55,998 nucleotides of DNA, from assembly GCA_035623315.1 (NCBI GenBank), contig DASPTR010000189.1:1-55998 (forward strand), given 5' to 3'. The position numbers were made by a program, and so were the translations under genes. The notes below the pieces were generated by a model that saw only the letters and a list, made by a program, of their open reading frames with translations, did no database searches and was not told the DNA's origin. Positions within the stretch are counted from its first letter, which is position 1; the number at the start of each line of letters is the position of its first letter. Below, piece by piece: positions 18,139 through 27,584 of the stretch. Source of the stretch: Candidatus Acidiferrum sp. (lineage in GTDB: Archaea; Thermoproteota; Bathyarchaeia; Bathyarchaeales; Bathycorpusculaceae).

Positions 18139-19179
18139 ATGCTGAATGACTATCCTCTAGTTTCAATTCTCGTTTTGAACTGGAATGGAGAGAAAGTTAT
18201 CAGACAAAGCTTGAATTCCGTAAAAAGACTGAGATATCCAAACAAAGAGAAAATAGTCATAGACAACAATTCAACTGATAGATCTATAGAGATTATTCAA
18301 AAAGAATTTCCTGATTTTCAACTTCTGAGAAATGACAAGAACCTTGGATTTGCCGCTGGCATGAATGCAGGAATCAAAAAGGCGAAGGGAGATTTCCTTC
18401 TTCTCTTCAATAATGACGCCGTAGCCGATCCAAGAAGCCTTTCGACACTTGTCGAAACAGCTATGTCCAATTACTCCATTGGTTTGGTTGGCGGAATGAT
18501 CCTCTTTTACAAACCCGACGATGTTATCTGGTCATTAGGAGGAATGTTCGACCCGCTCACTGGCACAATCTGGTCTGAAGGCTTGGGACAAATCCTCTCC
18601 ACAAAAGTCAGGAACAGCAAAGCAATATTCGACATCGACTACTTGTCGGGGTGCGTACTTTTGCTAAAGCGCGAGGTCATAGACAAGATAGGTTTGTTTG
18701 ATGAAGGTTTTTTCTTGAACGGTGATGATATAGATTTTTGTTTGCGGGCACGAAGGGCTGGTTACCAGTGCGTGTTAGACCCCTCAGCGTTGATTTGGCA
18801 CAGCGGATCGCATTCATTAAAAAAGTTACCTCTCAGAAGCTACATTGAAAGGGAAAAGTCGGACTTCCGAATCGTTCTGATTCATACACCGATCCCATTC
18901 TTGTTGTCTGCTCTCATGTTCCAACTCATCGCCATGCCTTTCGCTGAATCGCTGGTCTTCAGAGGAGAAAACACTTCAACAAAGACTAGGTGGCGTGCGC
19001 GGATCTTCGCTTTTAGTCAGAATCTGAAGATGCTGGAAAATATCCTTCGCGCTAGGGAGCAGGTACAGAGGCTTGGCATGCTCAAACCTCAAGTCAGAAC
19101 TCTTAGACTTCTAGGACTTGGTTCAACGAGAATAAAATCTCGCGAGTTCTTCATGGGCAAACTGCTTAAGAAGGCATAG
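18139..19179 (+). CDS. Family 2 glycosyltransferase (WbbL/rhamnosyltransferase-like)
   Basis: Blocks seen: VSILVLNWNGEKV, VIDNNSTDRS, LLFNNDAV (DxD-equivalent), GDDIDFCLRARRAGY. Confidence 0.85.
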   Translation: MLNDYPLVSILVLNWNGEKVIRQSLNSVKRLRYPNKEKIVIDNNSTDRSIEIIQKEFPDFQLLRNDKNLGFAAGMNAGIKKAKGDFLLLFNNDAVADPRSLSTLVETAMSNYSIGLVGGMILFYKPDDVIWSLGGMFDPLTGTIWSEGLGQILSTKVRNSKAIFDIDYLSGCVLLLKREVIDKIGLFDEGFFLNGDDIDFCLRARRAGYQCVLDPSALIWHSGSHSLKKLPLRSYIEREKSDFRIVLIHTPIPFLLSALMFQLIAMPFAESLVFRGENTSTKTRWRARIFAFSQNLKMLENILRAREQVQRLGMLKPQVRTLRLLGLGSTRIKSREFFMGKLLKKA

Positions 19180-19185
19180 CACACA

Positions 19186-20472
19186 TTGATGAGACGAAGC
19201 CTGATGACAAGGATCGTAGCTCTGGTTGAATTCTGTCCTCCAAGACTTGGAAGTGATAGAAGGATATATGAAATGTTAACCAGGTTACCCGAGCATCATG
19301 AAGTACACTTCATCGTGTTTCCTCCAAGCAGGGCTCTCTTAGGCATGATACCCCTGCCCGCCGAACACCTGAAAGAGACGCAAGTTACTTTGAAAGATAA
19401 TATTAAAGTCCACTACATTTCGCTGCCAACCTATCTGCGGGCACCATGGAACAACTACATAATTGGATATTTTCTGACCCTTCTCTACGTATCGCGCAAA
19501 GTTGTCCAAGAGATCAGGAACATTAACCCGCTGGTCATAACTCTTAACTATCCATCCGCTTACACAGGACTCGTGGGATTCTCAATAGGCAAACTGCTCA
19601 ATCGAAGAGTAGTCGCGGATTTTAATGACATGATTGCGGAGTACACGATGAGCCTCCTAGATCATGAACCAGAAAACTCAGGCAAAATGTCAAAGAGGAT
19701 TTCCAAAGATATAATTAGGAAGCTTCTAACAACAATTCAAGACTACATTATAAGTAATGCTGATGCCGTTACAGCAGTCACGAATCAAATCATTGACTAC
19801 TGTAAACTGCACGGCATTAGGAAGGACATCTATCTAATACCGGATGGAGTAGATGCAAAAATATTTGATCCTGAGAGATATTTCGGGGATGCTACGAACA
19901 AAATAAGAAAAGAATTTGACATTAAAGAAAATGAAAAAGTTGTGGTGTATATCGGAAGATTGGAAAAATGGGCCGGAGTTCAAATTGTACTGAGATGTGC
20001 TGAAAAACTCAAGGACTCCAACATAAGATTCCTTTTGATAGGAGAAGGAACGTTAAAGCTAAGTCCACAAATGCCAAATGTAATCTCTTGCGGACCAATA
20101 CCTCATGAACAAGTCCCAACTTATTTGGCGGCTGCAGATCTCGTACTGGTGCCCATGGAACAAGATGTCGTTGGAAATTCCGCTGGTCCTTTGAAACTGT
20201 TTGAAGCAATGGCAATGAAAAAGGCTATAATCGCTTCTAATACCCGAGGAATCAGCGAGGTCATGACAAACAATGTGGAAGGAGTCTTGCTTCCACAAGA
20301 CGAAAACTTGTGGGCAGAGGCAATAAAAGAATTGCTCATGAATTCAAGTAAGGCGTCTGAGCTAGGAGAAAACGCTTCAAGAAGGATAAGAGCTGAATTC
20401 GACTGGAGCGTTTTGGTAAACAGGCTTGCTACAATTTTATTACCTGCGGAAGGCACCAAAGCCCCATGTTAA
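19186..20472 (+). CDS. Family 4 (GT-B) glycosyltransferase
   Basis: The C-terminal GT1/GT4 block is VVVYIGRLEKWAGV...LLIGEG...GPLKLFEAMAMKKAIIASN (E-x7-E region). The ATG at 19189 is the likely start. Confidence 0.85.
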   Translation: MMRRSLMTRIVALVEFCPPRLGSDRRIYEMLTRLPEHHEVHFIVFPPSRALLGMIPLPAEHLKETQVTLKDNIKVHYISLPTYLRAPWNNYIIGYFLTLLYVSRKVVQEIRNINPLVITLNYPSAYTGLVGFSIGKLLNRRVVADFNDMIAEYTMSLLDHEPENSGKMSKRISKDIIRKLLTTIQDYIISNADAVTAVTNQIIDYCKLHGIRKDIYLIPDGVDAKIFDPERYFGDATNKIRKEFDIKENEKVVVYIGRLEKWAGVQIVLRCAEKLKDSNIRFLLIGEGTLKLSPQMPNVISCGPIPHEQVPTYLAAADLVLVPMEQDVVGNSAGPLKLFEAMAMKKAIIASNTRGISEVMTNNVEGVLLPQDENLWAEAIKELLMNSSKASELGENASRRIRAEFDWSVLVNRLATILLPAEGTKAPC

Positions 20473-20657
20473 GGCCGTCAAAGTTGTTTCTTCAAAGAAT
20501 GTCAGAGGTCTGATTCAAGTAATGGAAAGAAAAAACTAATTTGAACATTGCACCTGAGATTGTGACGTTAACTGGCAAGATTTTTCCAACTCTCGAGAAA
20601 TAGTACAAAAACGCAATTGCTCCAATTGAGTCAAGTCAGAATCTGAAGTACTTTTGC

Positions 20658-21740
20658 TTACCCATTTTGACCAGCCGCGTTTACGAACTGACGTCTGAAC
20701 AATATGCCGTCGCTATTCCTGGAAGTGTATTCGAGAACTTCGAAGCCCACGACATCTGGTCCAATGGGTAAACTGCAGTTGCCATTTATTGATCCTTGCT
20801 TCGACAGGTCGTAACTCTGGTACCATGGAATTGAGGACGTATTCATTAGGAGAACGCCGGAACATAGTATTTGAGCTATGTCTCGGGCAGCGAGCTCTGG
20901 ACCATCGTCAGCCATACTCTGCGTCAAAAAAAAACCAAAGATTATGATTTTCCCCGAGCCAACTGGAATCATCGACACTGAAGACCTGAGCCTGAAAGTG
21001 TTGGGTCCCCCTATTTTCCCCAGGGCCAGACCGTCCGCATCCCAGACCATTTGCAGAAGTGGTGCTTGTTGAATGAGGTCATATGTCACATCTAGCGCAC
21101 TGCATAAAGGTGATGGATAAACGCCGAAGGTCGGTGTGTCGTTGGTTGTGTATTCAAAGAAGCCACCCAAGCCGAGCATTTTCGAACCGTTTTCCTGAGG
21201 ATTCTGAGTCATATTCCAGGTTATGTCTTCTTCTTTCATTCCTTTCTCTAAAGAGTAATAGCCAATGTCGAAACCGAACCATACCAGTATTCCTCCTGAA
21301 TCGATCCAAGGTTTGACTAGGTTTACTTCATTGGAGAAAACGTTTGAAGGGAAGCCTCCTGACGCCATAATCAGTATTGCCGTCTCGTTGTTCACTAGAA
21401 TGTTTTCCAATTCAGTGGCATTCACCAGTTTCGGGTCGTTTGAGTATCCTCGGAGGCGAAGCTCAGCATCCAAGTGATCTTGAAGCATGGCGCTGAATAT
21501 CCAGTCAGTTGCAACCGTTGGATAGTCTAGGTCATAGAACACGTAAACGGGCAGATCGTTGGGAACCTGATCTACGGGGGTTACCACCACGGTTGCATTT
21601 AATGGCAGACCTGAAACAATCTGATAGGTCATATTCAAGTAGTTTTCTCTGCCCTCTGTCTGGCTTGTTATGCTGAGAATATTGAAAGAACCTGCACTTG
21701 GTTTAGTAGCTGGCAAATACCAGAATAACTCACTGAACAA
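20658..21740 (-). CDS. Stand-alone copy of the uncharacterised extracytoplasmic domain. The start codon is problematic.
   Basis: It is a paralog of 26463..27584 and of the C-terminal halves of both 874-aa proteins (VYVFYDLDYP, ELRLRGY, IMASGGFPSN, GGILVWFG, IPVGSGKIIIFG, DIAQILCSG). The signal-anchor residues KWQYLLAAILVLLL are encoded upstream of the first canonical start (TTG at 21740). Confidence 0.5.
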   Translation of the reverse strand: MFSELFWYLPATKPSAGSFNILSITSQTEGRENYLNMTYQIVSGLPLNATVVVTPVDQVPNDLPVYVFYDLDYPTVATDWIFSAMLQDHLDAELRLRGYSNDPKLVNATELENILVNNETAILIMASGGFPSNVFSNEVNLVKPWIDSGGILVWFGFDIGYYSLEKGMKEEDITWNMTQNPQENGSKMLGLGGFFEYTTNDTPTFGVYPSPLCSALDVTYDLIQQAPLLQMVWDADGLALGKIGGPNTFRLRSSVSMIPVGSGKIIIFGFFLTQSMADDGPELAARDIAQILCSGVLLMNTSSIPWYQSYDLSKQGSINGNCSLPIGPDVVGFEVLEYTSRNSDGILFRRQFVNAAGQNG

Positions 21741-21777
21741 TAACAGAACCAGAATAGCTGCGAGCAGGTATTGCCAC

Positions 21778-23172
21778 TTATTTGACGTTAGCGAGCACGC
21801 CTCCCACCCATAGGTTCTTTATCAATAACAAAATCGTTATGACCAATCCGACAAAGCCAATTGCACCGAACAAGATACATAAATCTTGCGTCAAATAAGG
21901 CGAAATCACGCCGGGCAAAATCTGATAAGCAGCAATTTCGTTGGTCAGTATTTGTGGATTATATAGTGGCGTAAACATTGCTAACGGATAGAGAAAAATT
22001 TCTGGCCCTTGCAAAGAAAAATAGAAGAATAAACCTGCAATTGAAAGCAGAAGGACTGGCCAAATGAAGCTTCTTCGTTTAGAAGTAACGACGATCAGTA
22101 ATGGAATGATCCACAACAAATATTGAGGTTGTACCGTAATAGGAAGAAACAAATAGATCAAGCTTGCAAAGAAAACCGTTGCAAAAAGTATTCTTTCACG
22201 ACTAAATTCAAAGGATTTGACGAATACTAAGGCCAAAGCGAGGCATATTAGGGGGTAGAGTGCGAACAGAGTCTGAATTCCTCCTTTGTATTGATTGACT
22301 AGGTAAGAAACCTTAGAATCTGCCGCAAAAAACCACTGATTGAGCCCGCCAGTGACTTCGATTTCTTGAGAAATACCTGAGTACGTCAAACCTGTGTATT
22401 CAATGAACAATGGGGCGAAGAGAACAAGAGGAACAAGACAGCCAGCAGCGAATCTTAAGAAAAGCCGTGAATTAGTTTGGACACTGTGGACACTGAAGGA
22501 ACCCCCAAATTCCCTGAACAGTAGAATAACACTTAAAGGAATAGCGATGAAGATCGGGGAAGTCTTGGTCAAAGTTCCTAATCCGAAAGAAAGTCCCGCT
22601 GAGAAATATCTGTTCTTGAAAACGAAGTAAGCTCCTAGAAGTATGAAGAATCCAACGACGACGTCGTATGACCCGTTAAGATAAGAGATAGCCAAAACAA
22701 AAGGATTGAAAAGCCAGATCAGGAAGCAACGTTTAGGGGCTTTAGAATCAGGAGCTATTTCTTTGACGAAATAGTAGATCAAAACTCCAGTCAGAAGATC
22801 GAAGCATAGAAGAGGAATCTTCCAGAGAACAAGAAATAGAGGACTTATTTCACTACTTGCGATTATTCCTTCAGGTCTGATTCCCGTCAACATATTCGAC
22901 ATCGACTGGAAATCAAACGTGGCACCTAACCGATAGGCCACGCTGAACAAGGGAAAAGTTATGAAGTGAATGAAAGGCGGATAGATTGAAGCATGAAGAG
23001 CATACGGATCATTGCCACTCATCAAATATGCCAAGGCAGACTGGTACGCACCTATGTCATAGGGCCATATGAAGTATGGCATCAAAACAATGCGTAAGAG
23101 CAAACCTAAGATTAAGAAGCCACTGAGCTCATGGGCAAAGAGCCGATGGATAAGTGAAATGAACCTTTTCAT
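21778..23172 (-). CDS. GT-C fold polytopic glycosyltransferase (DUF2029/GT87-like), stand-alone
   Basis: 464 aa and multi-TM. The loop motif is WPYDIGAYQSALAYLMSGNDPYALHASIYPPFIHF. It is a paralog of 27571..28956 and of the N-terminal halves of the 874-aa proteins. Confidence 0.6.
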   Translation of the reverse strand: MKRFISLIHRLFAHELSGFLILGLLLRIVLMPYFIWPYDIGAYQSALAYLMSGNDPYALHASIYPPFIHFITFPLFSVAYRLGATFDFQSMSNMLTGIRPEGIIASSEISPLFLVLWKIPLLCFDLLTGVLIYYFVKEIAPDSKAPKRCFLIWLFNPFVLAISYLNGSYDVVVGFFILLGAYFVFKNRYFSAGLSFGLGTLTKTSPIFIAIPLSVILLFREFGGSFSVHSVQTNSRLFLRFAAGCLVPLVLFAPLFIEYTGLTYSGISQEIEVTGGLNQWFFAADSKVSYLVNQYKGGIQTLFALYPLICLALALVFVKSFEFSRERILFATVFFASLIYLFLPITVQPQYLLWIIPLLIVVTSKRRSFIWPVLLLSIAGLFFYFSLQGPEIFLYPLAMFTPLYNPQILTNEIAAYQILPGVISPYLTQDLCILFGAIGFVGLVITILLLIKNLWVGGVLANVK

Positions 23173-23173
23173 T

Positions 23174-23446
23174 TCATGGACCTGCGATGGTTTCCATGTT
23201 TAGCATCTTAGTTGCTTGAGCGGAGGAACCGACTATGATTTCATCAATCACGAAATCATATAGCTCTTGAATTGACAGACTTTGAAGCAAGTTCAGAATG
23301 TTTTTCTCTTCATTGCGCACGATAACGCCGATGCTGACTTCGGGCATTGAAAGCCTAGTTGACCTTGCCTCGTTTTGAATGTTTGGAATTCCGTTTCCGA
23401 CTTCTTTGAAACCTACCTCCATTGAGGTGTTTTCAGTTGATTTCAC
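23174..23446 (-). pseudogene. GT2 glycosyltransferase remnant with an in-frame internal deletion (90 codons left)
   Basis: Residues EVSIGVIVRNEEKNILNLLQSLSIQELYDFVIDEIIVGSS match ISVGIIVHNEDKNILNLLQNVSGQKLRDFMIDEVIVVSS of the intact 373-aa GT2 (28953..30074). The sequence then jumps to AQATKMLNMETIAGP*, matching the extreme C-terminus AQTTKNLNSRDTSRSAG*. About 235 codons, including the catalytic core, are missing. Confidence 0.6.
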
Positions 23447-23513
23447 AAGAATCTCCTTTGTGTCAGAATCCTAGTGGCAACTATACTGAACCCAAAACGG
23501 TCATAAAGTTTAT

Positions 23514-23639
23514 GGTATATGCATAGCCACTGACCACTGCAGACGTTCACAGATCAGAAAAGACATCTACCTAATACCTGACGGCGTTGCAAAGATACTA
23601 TTACCAAGTCCCAACGACGCTGTCAAATCACTATATTAG
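23514..23639 (+). pseudogene. Fragment of a GT4 glycosyltransferase gene
   Basis: Frame 3 reads ...IATDHCRRSQIRKDIYLIPDGVAKIL...*, compared with VTNQIIDYCKLHGIRKDIYLIPDGVDAKIF in the intact GT4 (19186..20472). The nucleotide stretch aaagacatctacctaatacctgacgg resembles aaggacatctatctaataccggatgg at 19822-19847. The fragment has no start and no GT-B domains. Confidence 0.45.
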
Positions 23640-23748
23640 AATTAGATGCGAAACATAGCAAATGACGTGATGAGTTGTTCTAATACTCTGTACATGCCAA
23701 GGGTCAACCTGCAAAATTGAATACTTGGGAATTCAATAGTTCGTCGAC

Positions 23749-26373
23749 TCAATTCAATAGGCTATAGTTGCCACCGATCGGTAAGAATTGTCGTGAGAAA
23801 TATCGATCATAAGGAGACTCTGAGAACGCAACAATCATGACCCCTGTGATGCCCTGGTTTTGAGGCAAAGGTATGCTAATACTTCCAGACTCACCTTCAT
23901 TCCTTCCTAGTTGGTGAAGACTGGATGTTACGATTTGTGATGAGAAGTCAAAACCAGAACATAGAATCTGTGCGATGTCATGAGCGATTGCGTCTTCTCC
24001 ACTTACCGTGAATACCCTTCCGACACCACCTCCAAACAGTATCAGTTGTCCGCTTCCAACGGGAACATATGCGATTGATGTCCTAGGATATTCTGAAGAA
24101 GTAATCTTCCCCAGTATTTCGCCTCCATGTTTTAGAACTTCAGATACGTAAGCTCCTGTTGTTGCGTCTGGATATTGCAAGTTAAGAGCATTTGAGAAAT
24201 TAGATGGAATGGTGGCAAGCCTTTCGTCTTCCTTAGAAGCATTGTCAAATAAAGTGAATCCCAACATCTGATTCTGGACTTGGCTAAAATTGTTTTCGGA
24301 GAATAGCTGAATAACCTTTCCTTTATAACCAGAGAAATAAGCAAATGCATCACCTATCCAGATCAATACTCCACCGGATTGAAGCCAATTTCCGATCAGA
24401 CTTGCATTGTTTGCATGGACGGTTTCAGGAAGAACCCCAGATGGTATCACGACTACAGAATCTGGATTTGCTTCTATTACATTTCTCAATTCCTCTGCAT
24501 CCACAATTTTCACGGAACCATTGTAACCTCTTAGTTTGAGTTCAACTGGTATATGGTCGATGAGACCCATCCAGCCTATGTCGCCAACCAGCGAAGAAGG
24601 ATAGTCTGGATCGTAATATATGAAAACCTCCTTGTCAACGGCACTTTGCAATATGGAAGTCAATGGGGTTGCTGAAATCTGAATGTCCAGAGGATATTCT
24701 GCAGATTTTACCGTGTAGTTTAACATGGCCGAGTTTCCACCCGCAAAATTGATATTCTGAATTTGAAAATTCACATTTTGCTGAGCCAGAGGAAGCACGT
24801 ACGCAAGAGATTGGCCAAGTACTAAGACTGCGAGTACAAATGCTAGGATTTTTGACGGATTGATTGAATTCCAATGAATTTTCAGTGACAGAGTCTCGTT
24901 GTCCTTCAGCTTCCGTTCGCCATGGTCAGTCACCTTTTGAGATCTATCTTCTTTTTTTAGAAGAATCCTCAGCGTACTCTCCAAACATAGAATGATCACG
25001 ATTGTTCCTAAGATTCCTGACGTGAAGAGAATTGGCCAGCCGCCGTAATTCTCAAAGAAGTTAATACTAGAGTACACTGAATTAGCACTTAGGAGTGGGG
25101 TAAACAAGGCTAGTGGTCGGAAAAAGAAGAGGAACCCTCCTATCCCTATTAGAAACATTGAGGCTAATATTGAGAGCAAACTCAGTTTTATCAAGTTGTG
25201 TTTGTAGAGGCCCCACTCTAGAATTAGGAAAGGAAGTACCCACACTATATATTGCGGGTTTACGACCAGAGTAGTGACGTAAACTACTAATATGGTGGCA
25301 GTATGTCCTAGAAGAAAGGTTTCGAGAAAGTGTCTCCGACTTTTGAAGCAAGCATAGCTTACAAGGAAAATCGCTACGAAAGAAGCAATCAGCATACTTA
25401 ATGAAACTAGGCTGGAGTAAGATGAGATCAGTTGCAGTAACCACTGCAATTCAGGAAGTTCCACAACACTGAATACAGTTAAGCCTCCGACGGAAGCTAC
25501 GCTTTCGGTCCTGGCGAAAATGTCGTGGATAATATTGCTGTTTACGAGGGGAAACAAAAAGATAGAGAATAGAATTAACATTCCCGCTAAGAACCTAGAA
25601 CATTTTGACAAGATCTTTCGGAGATTTTCTAGCATCATCAGAGACTGATCGCGTTCAAGCTTGGCGATAGAGAAAAGATATAATGGAGCAAGGTAAATCG
25701 GAGAGATCTTGAAAAGGAACCCTAAGCCAATCGCGATTCCGGATGCGAAGTAGTTGCGGTTACACAACAAGCAAAAAGCTAGCACCACCATTAACGTTGG
25801 GAGCACATCAAATTGCCCCTGAACTGAATCAATGAGAATGACGAGCGGATTCAAGAACCATAAAATGAAGGCTATTTTTGCTTGTTTTTCATTTCTCAGA
25901 TCTCTCGTTATTTTATAAAGAATGAGACCTATCAGCACATCAGCGACGATTAGAGGAAGTTTGAATAGAAGATTAAATAGGGGCGAAGTGACGACTGCTG
26001 GTAGCTGCCAATTCTCCAATGTCAAACTTTGAGTACTGATGGACACGCCTAACAGCTTAGGACTTACAAAGAGACTTGTCAATCCTATGGCTGGATGCAT
26101 GGCGTATGCCCAAAGCGGAGGATAGCTAAAGGAGTTGGTCGTATACACGTTGAGCCCAGCCAACAAATCATTTGTTACCGTGAAAAAGGTACTTACATCA
26201 TAGGGATCAGCTGAGAAGGGAGCAAGAGCGAGTCTTATTGCTAGTCCGATGAGAAATAGTCCCAGCAGGGGATGCCTTCGAAGATATGCATAACTATTAG
26301 ACAAACCATGTTTTTGAAGCGAAGTTTCCATCCAGTGTATCTCCAAGAAGTCTTTGAAGTCTCCTCGTCTCAC
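23749..26373 (-). CDS. Fusion protein: GT-C module plus uncharacterised extracytoplasmic domain (second 874-aa paralog)
   Basis: It has the same length and architecture as 15367..17991. Motifs seen: DPYDVSTFFTVTNDLLAGLNVYTTNSFSYPPLWAY, ELKLRGY, VVIPSGVLPE, GGVLIWIGD, VPVGSGQLILFGG, DIAQILCSG. Confidence 0.6.
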   Translation of the reverse strand: MRRGDFKDFLEIHWMETSLQKHGLSNSYAYLRRHPLLGLFLIGLAIRLALAPFSADPYDVSTFFTVTNDLLAGLNVYTTNSFSYPPLWAYAMHPAIGLTSLFVSPKLLGVSISTQSLTLENWQLPAVVTSPLFNLLFKLPLIVADVLIGLILYKITRDLRNEKQAKIAFILWFLNPLVILIDSVQGQFDVLPTLMVVLAFCLLCNRNYFASGIAIGLGFLFKISPIYLAPLYLFSIAKLERDQSLMMLENLRKILSKCSRFLAGMLILFSIFLFPLVNSNIIHDIFARTESVASVGGLTVFSVVELPELQWLLQLISSYSSLVSLSMLIASFVAIFLVSYACFKSRRHFLETFLLGHTATILVVYVTTLVVNPQYIVWVLPFLILEWGLYKHNLIKLSLLSILASMFLIGIGGFLFFFRPLALFTPLLSANSVYSSINFFENYGGWPILFTSGILGTIVIILCLESTLRILLKKEDRSQKVTDHGERKLKDNETLSLKIHWNSINPSKILAFVLAVLVLGQSLAYVLPLAQQNVNFQIQNINFAGGNSAMLNYTVKSAEYPLDIQISATPLTSILQSAVDKEVFIYYDPDYPSSLVGDIGWMGLIDHIPVELKLRGYNGSVKIVDAEELRNVIEANPDSVVVIPSGVLPETVHANNASLIGNWLQSGGVLIWIGDAFAYFSGYKGKVIQLFSENNFSQVQNQMLGFTLFDNASKEDERLATIPSNFSNALNLQYPDATTGAYVSEVLKHGGEILGKITSSEYPRTSIAYVPVGSGQLILFGGGVGRVFTVSGEDAIAHDIAQILCSGFDFSSQIVTSSLHQLGRNEGESGSISIPLPQNQGITGVMIVAFSESPYDRYFSRQFLPIGGNYSLLN

Positions 26374-26462
26374 CGCCTCTTGAGGACGAGTCTGAAGTCT
26401 GATATTATTGCTTTCTGAAATCTTGATAAGCTTTGGGGGATGAGCCCGGCGCTGATCGGTTC

Positions 26463-27584
26463 TTATGTTCCAATGAATCTGCGATAGAATAGGACTCCGT
26501 CACTCTGCTCACTAGTATATTCGAGGATGACAAACCCGACGATGTTAGAATCGGCTGACAGATTGGAAACATCAATCTTCGTTTCAGCATGTGCCAGATT
26601 ATAGCCTCGTTGCCATGGTGCAACACTAGGATTCATTTGCAAGACGCCTGAACACAGAATTTGAGCTACATCCCATGCCACAAGTTGTGGACCATCCCAA
26701 GCAAGGCTAGGCATCAAAAAGAAACCGAAAATAATGATTTTTCCCGTACCAACTGGAACCATTGAAATAGATGACCGTAAGTTGAACTGGTCCTCTCCTC
26801 CAATTTTCCCTAAAACAACGCCACCTGCGCCTTCTACCATGCGAACCAACGGGGCATATTGAATGAAATCATAATTCGTATCAAGAACATCTGAAAGAGA
26901 TGATGAGTAATTACCAACTTTCGGAGCGGACTCTGGAGGATAGTAATCGAAAAAACCTTCAAGACCAAGCTCCGTCGAGCCATTTGACTGAAAATTCTGA
27001 CTCATATTATAAGTGATTTGCTCCTTTCTCATTCCTTTCTTCAGCACGTACCACCCTATGTAATCACCTAACCAGACTAATACTCCACCCGACTCAATCC
27101 ACGGCTTGACCAAATCCTTTTCCTTGGAGAATACACAGGAAGGAAATCCTCCTGAGGCCATCACAACGACAGCAGACTTGTTCGTCGACATGATGTTTTC
27201 CAATTCTGGCGCATTCGCGAAACTGACCCCAGATGAGTAATCTCTCAAGTGTAGCTCGGCTTGTAAATACCCCAACAACACGGCGCTCAATATCCAGTCA
27301 GTCCCCACAGTCGGGTAATCGGTGTCATAGAACACGAAAACTGGCAAATCGTTGGGAATTTCTTCTACAGGAGTAACAACTATATTAGCATCCAAAGGGA
27401 GGTTAGCCTCGAATCTATAGGTTATGTTAGTGGTGCCTGTTTCTCCTTCTGACTGGTGGACCACACTCAAAATGTCAAAGGACCCACCTTTGCCGTTTTC
27501 AATTGGCGAATACCAAAGGATCTCGCCTACTAGCAACAATACGAAAATCAACGCTATGACGTATTGCCACCTATTTTTCATCAT
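26463..27584 (-). CDS. Signal-anchored stand-alone copy of the uncharacterised extracytoplasmic domain
   Basis: 373 aa. An N-terminal anchor MMKNRWQYVIALIFVLLLV is followed by the same conserved blocks (VFVFYDTDYP, ELHLRDY, VMASGGFPS, GGVLVWLGD, VPVGTGKIIIFG, DVAQILCSG). The ATG overlaps the end of the upstream GT-C gene by 14 nt. Confidence 0.6.
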   Translation of the reverse strand: MMKNRWQYVIALIFVLLLVGEILWYSPIENGKGGSFDILSVVHQSEGETGTTNITYRFEANLPLDANIVVTPVEEIPNDLPVFVFYDTDYPTVGTDWILSAVLLGYLQAELHLRDYSSGVSFANAPELENIMSTNKSAVVVMASGGFPSCVFSKEKDLVKPWIESGGVLVWLGDYIGWYVLKKGMRKEQITYNMSQNFQSNGSTELGLEGFFDYYPPESAPKVGNYSSSLSDVLDTNYDFIQYAPLVRMVEGAGGVVLGKIGGEDQFNLRSSISMVPVGTGKIIIFGFFLMPSLAWDGPQLVAWDVAQILCSGVLQMNPSVAPWQRGYNLAHAETKIDVSNLSADSNIVGFVILEYTSEQSDGVLFYRRFIGT

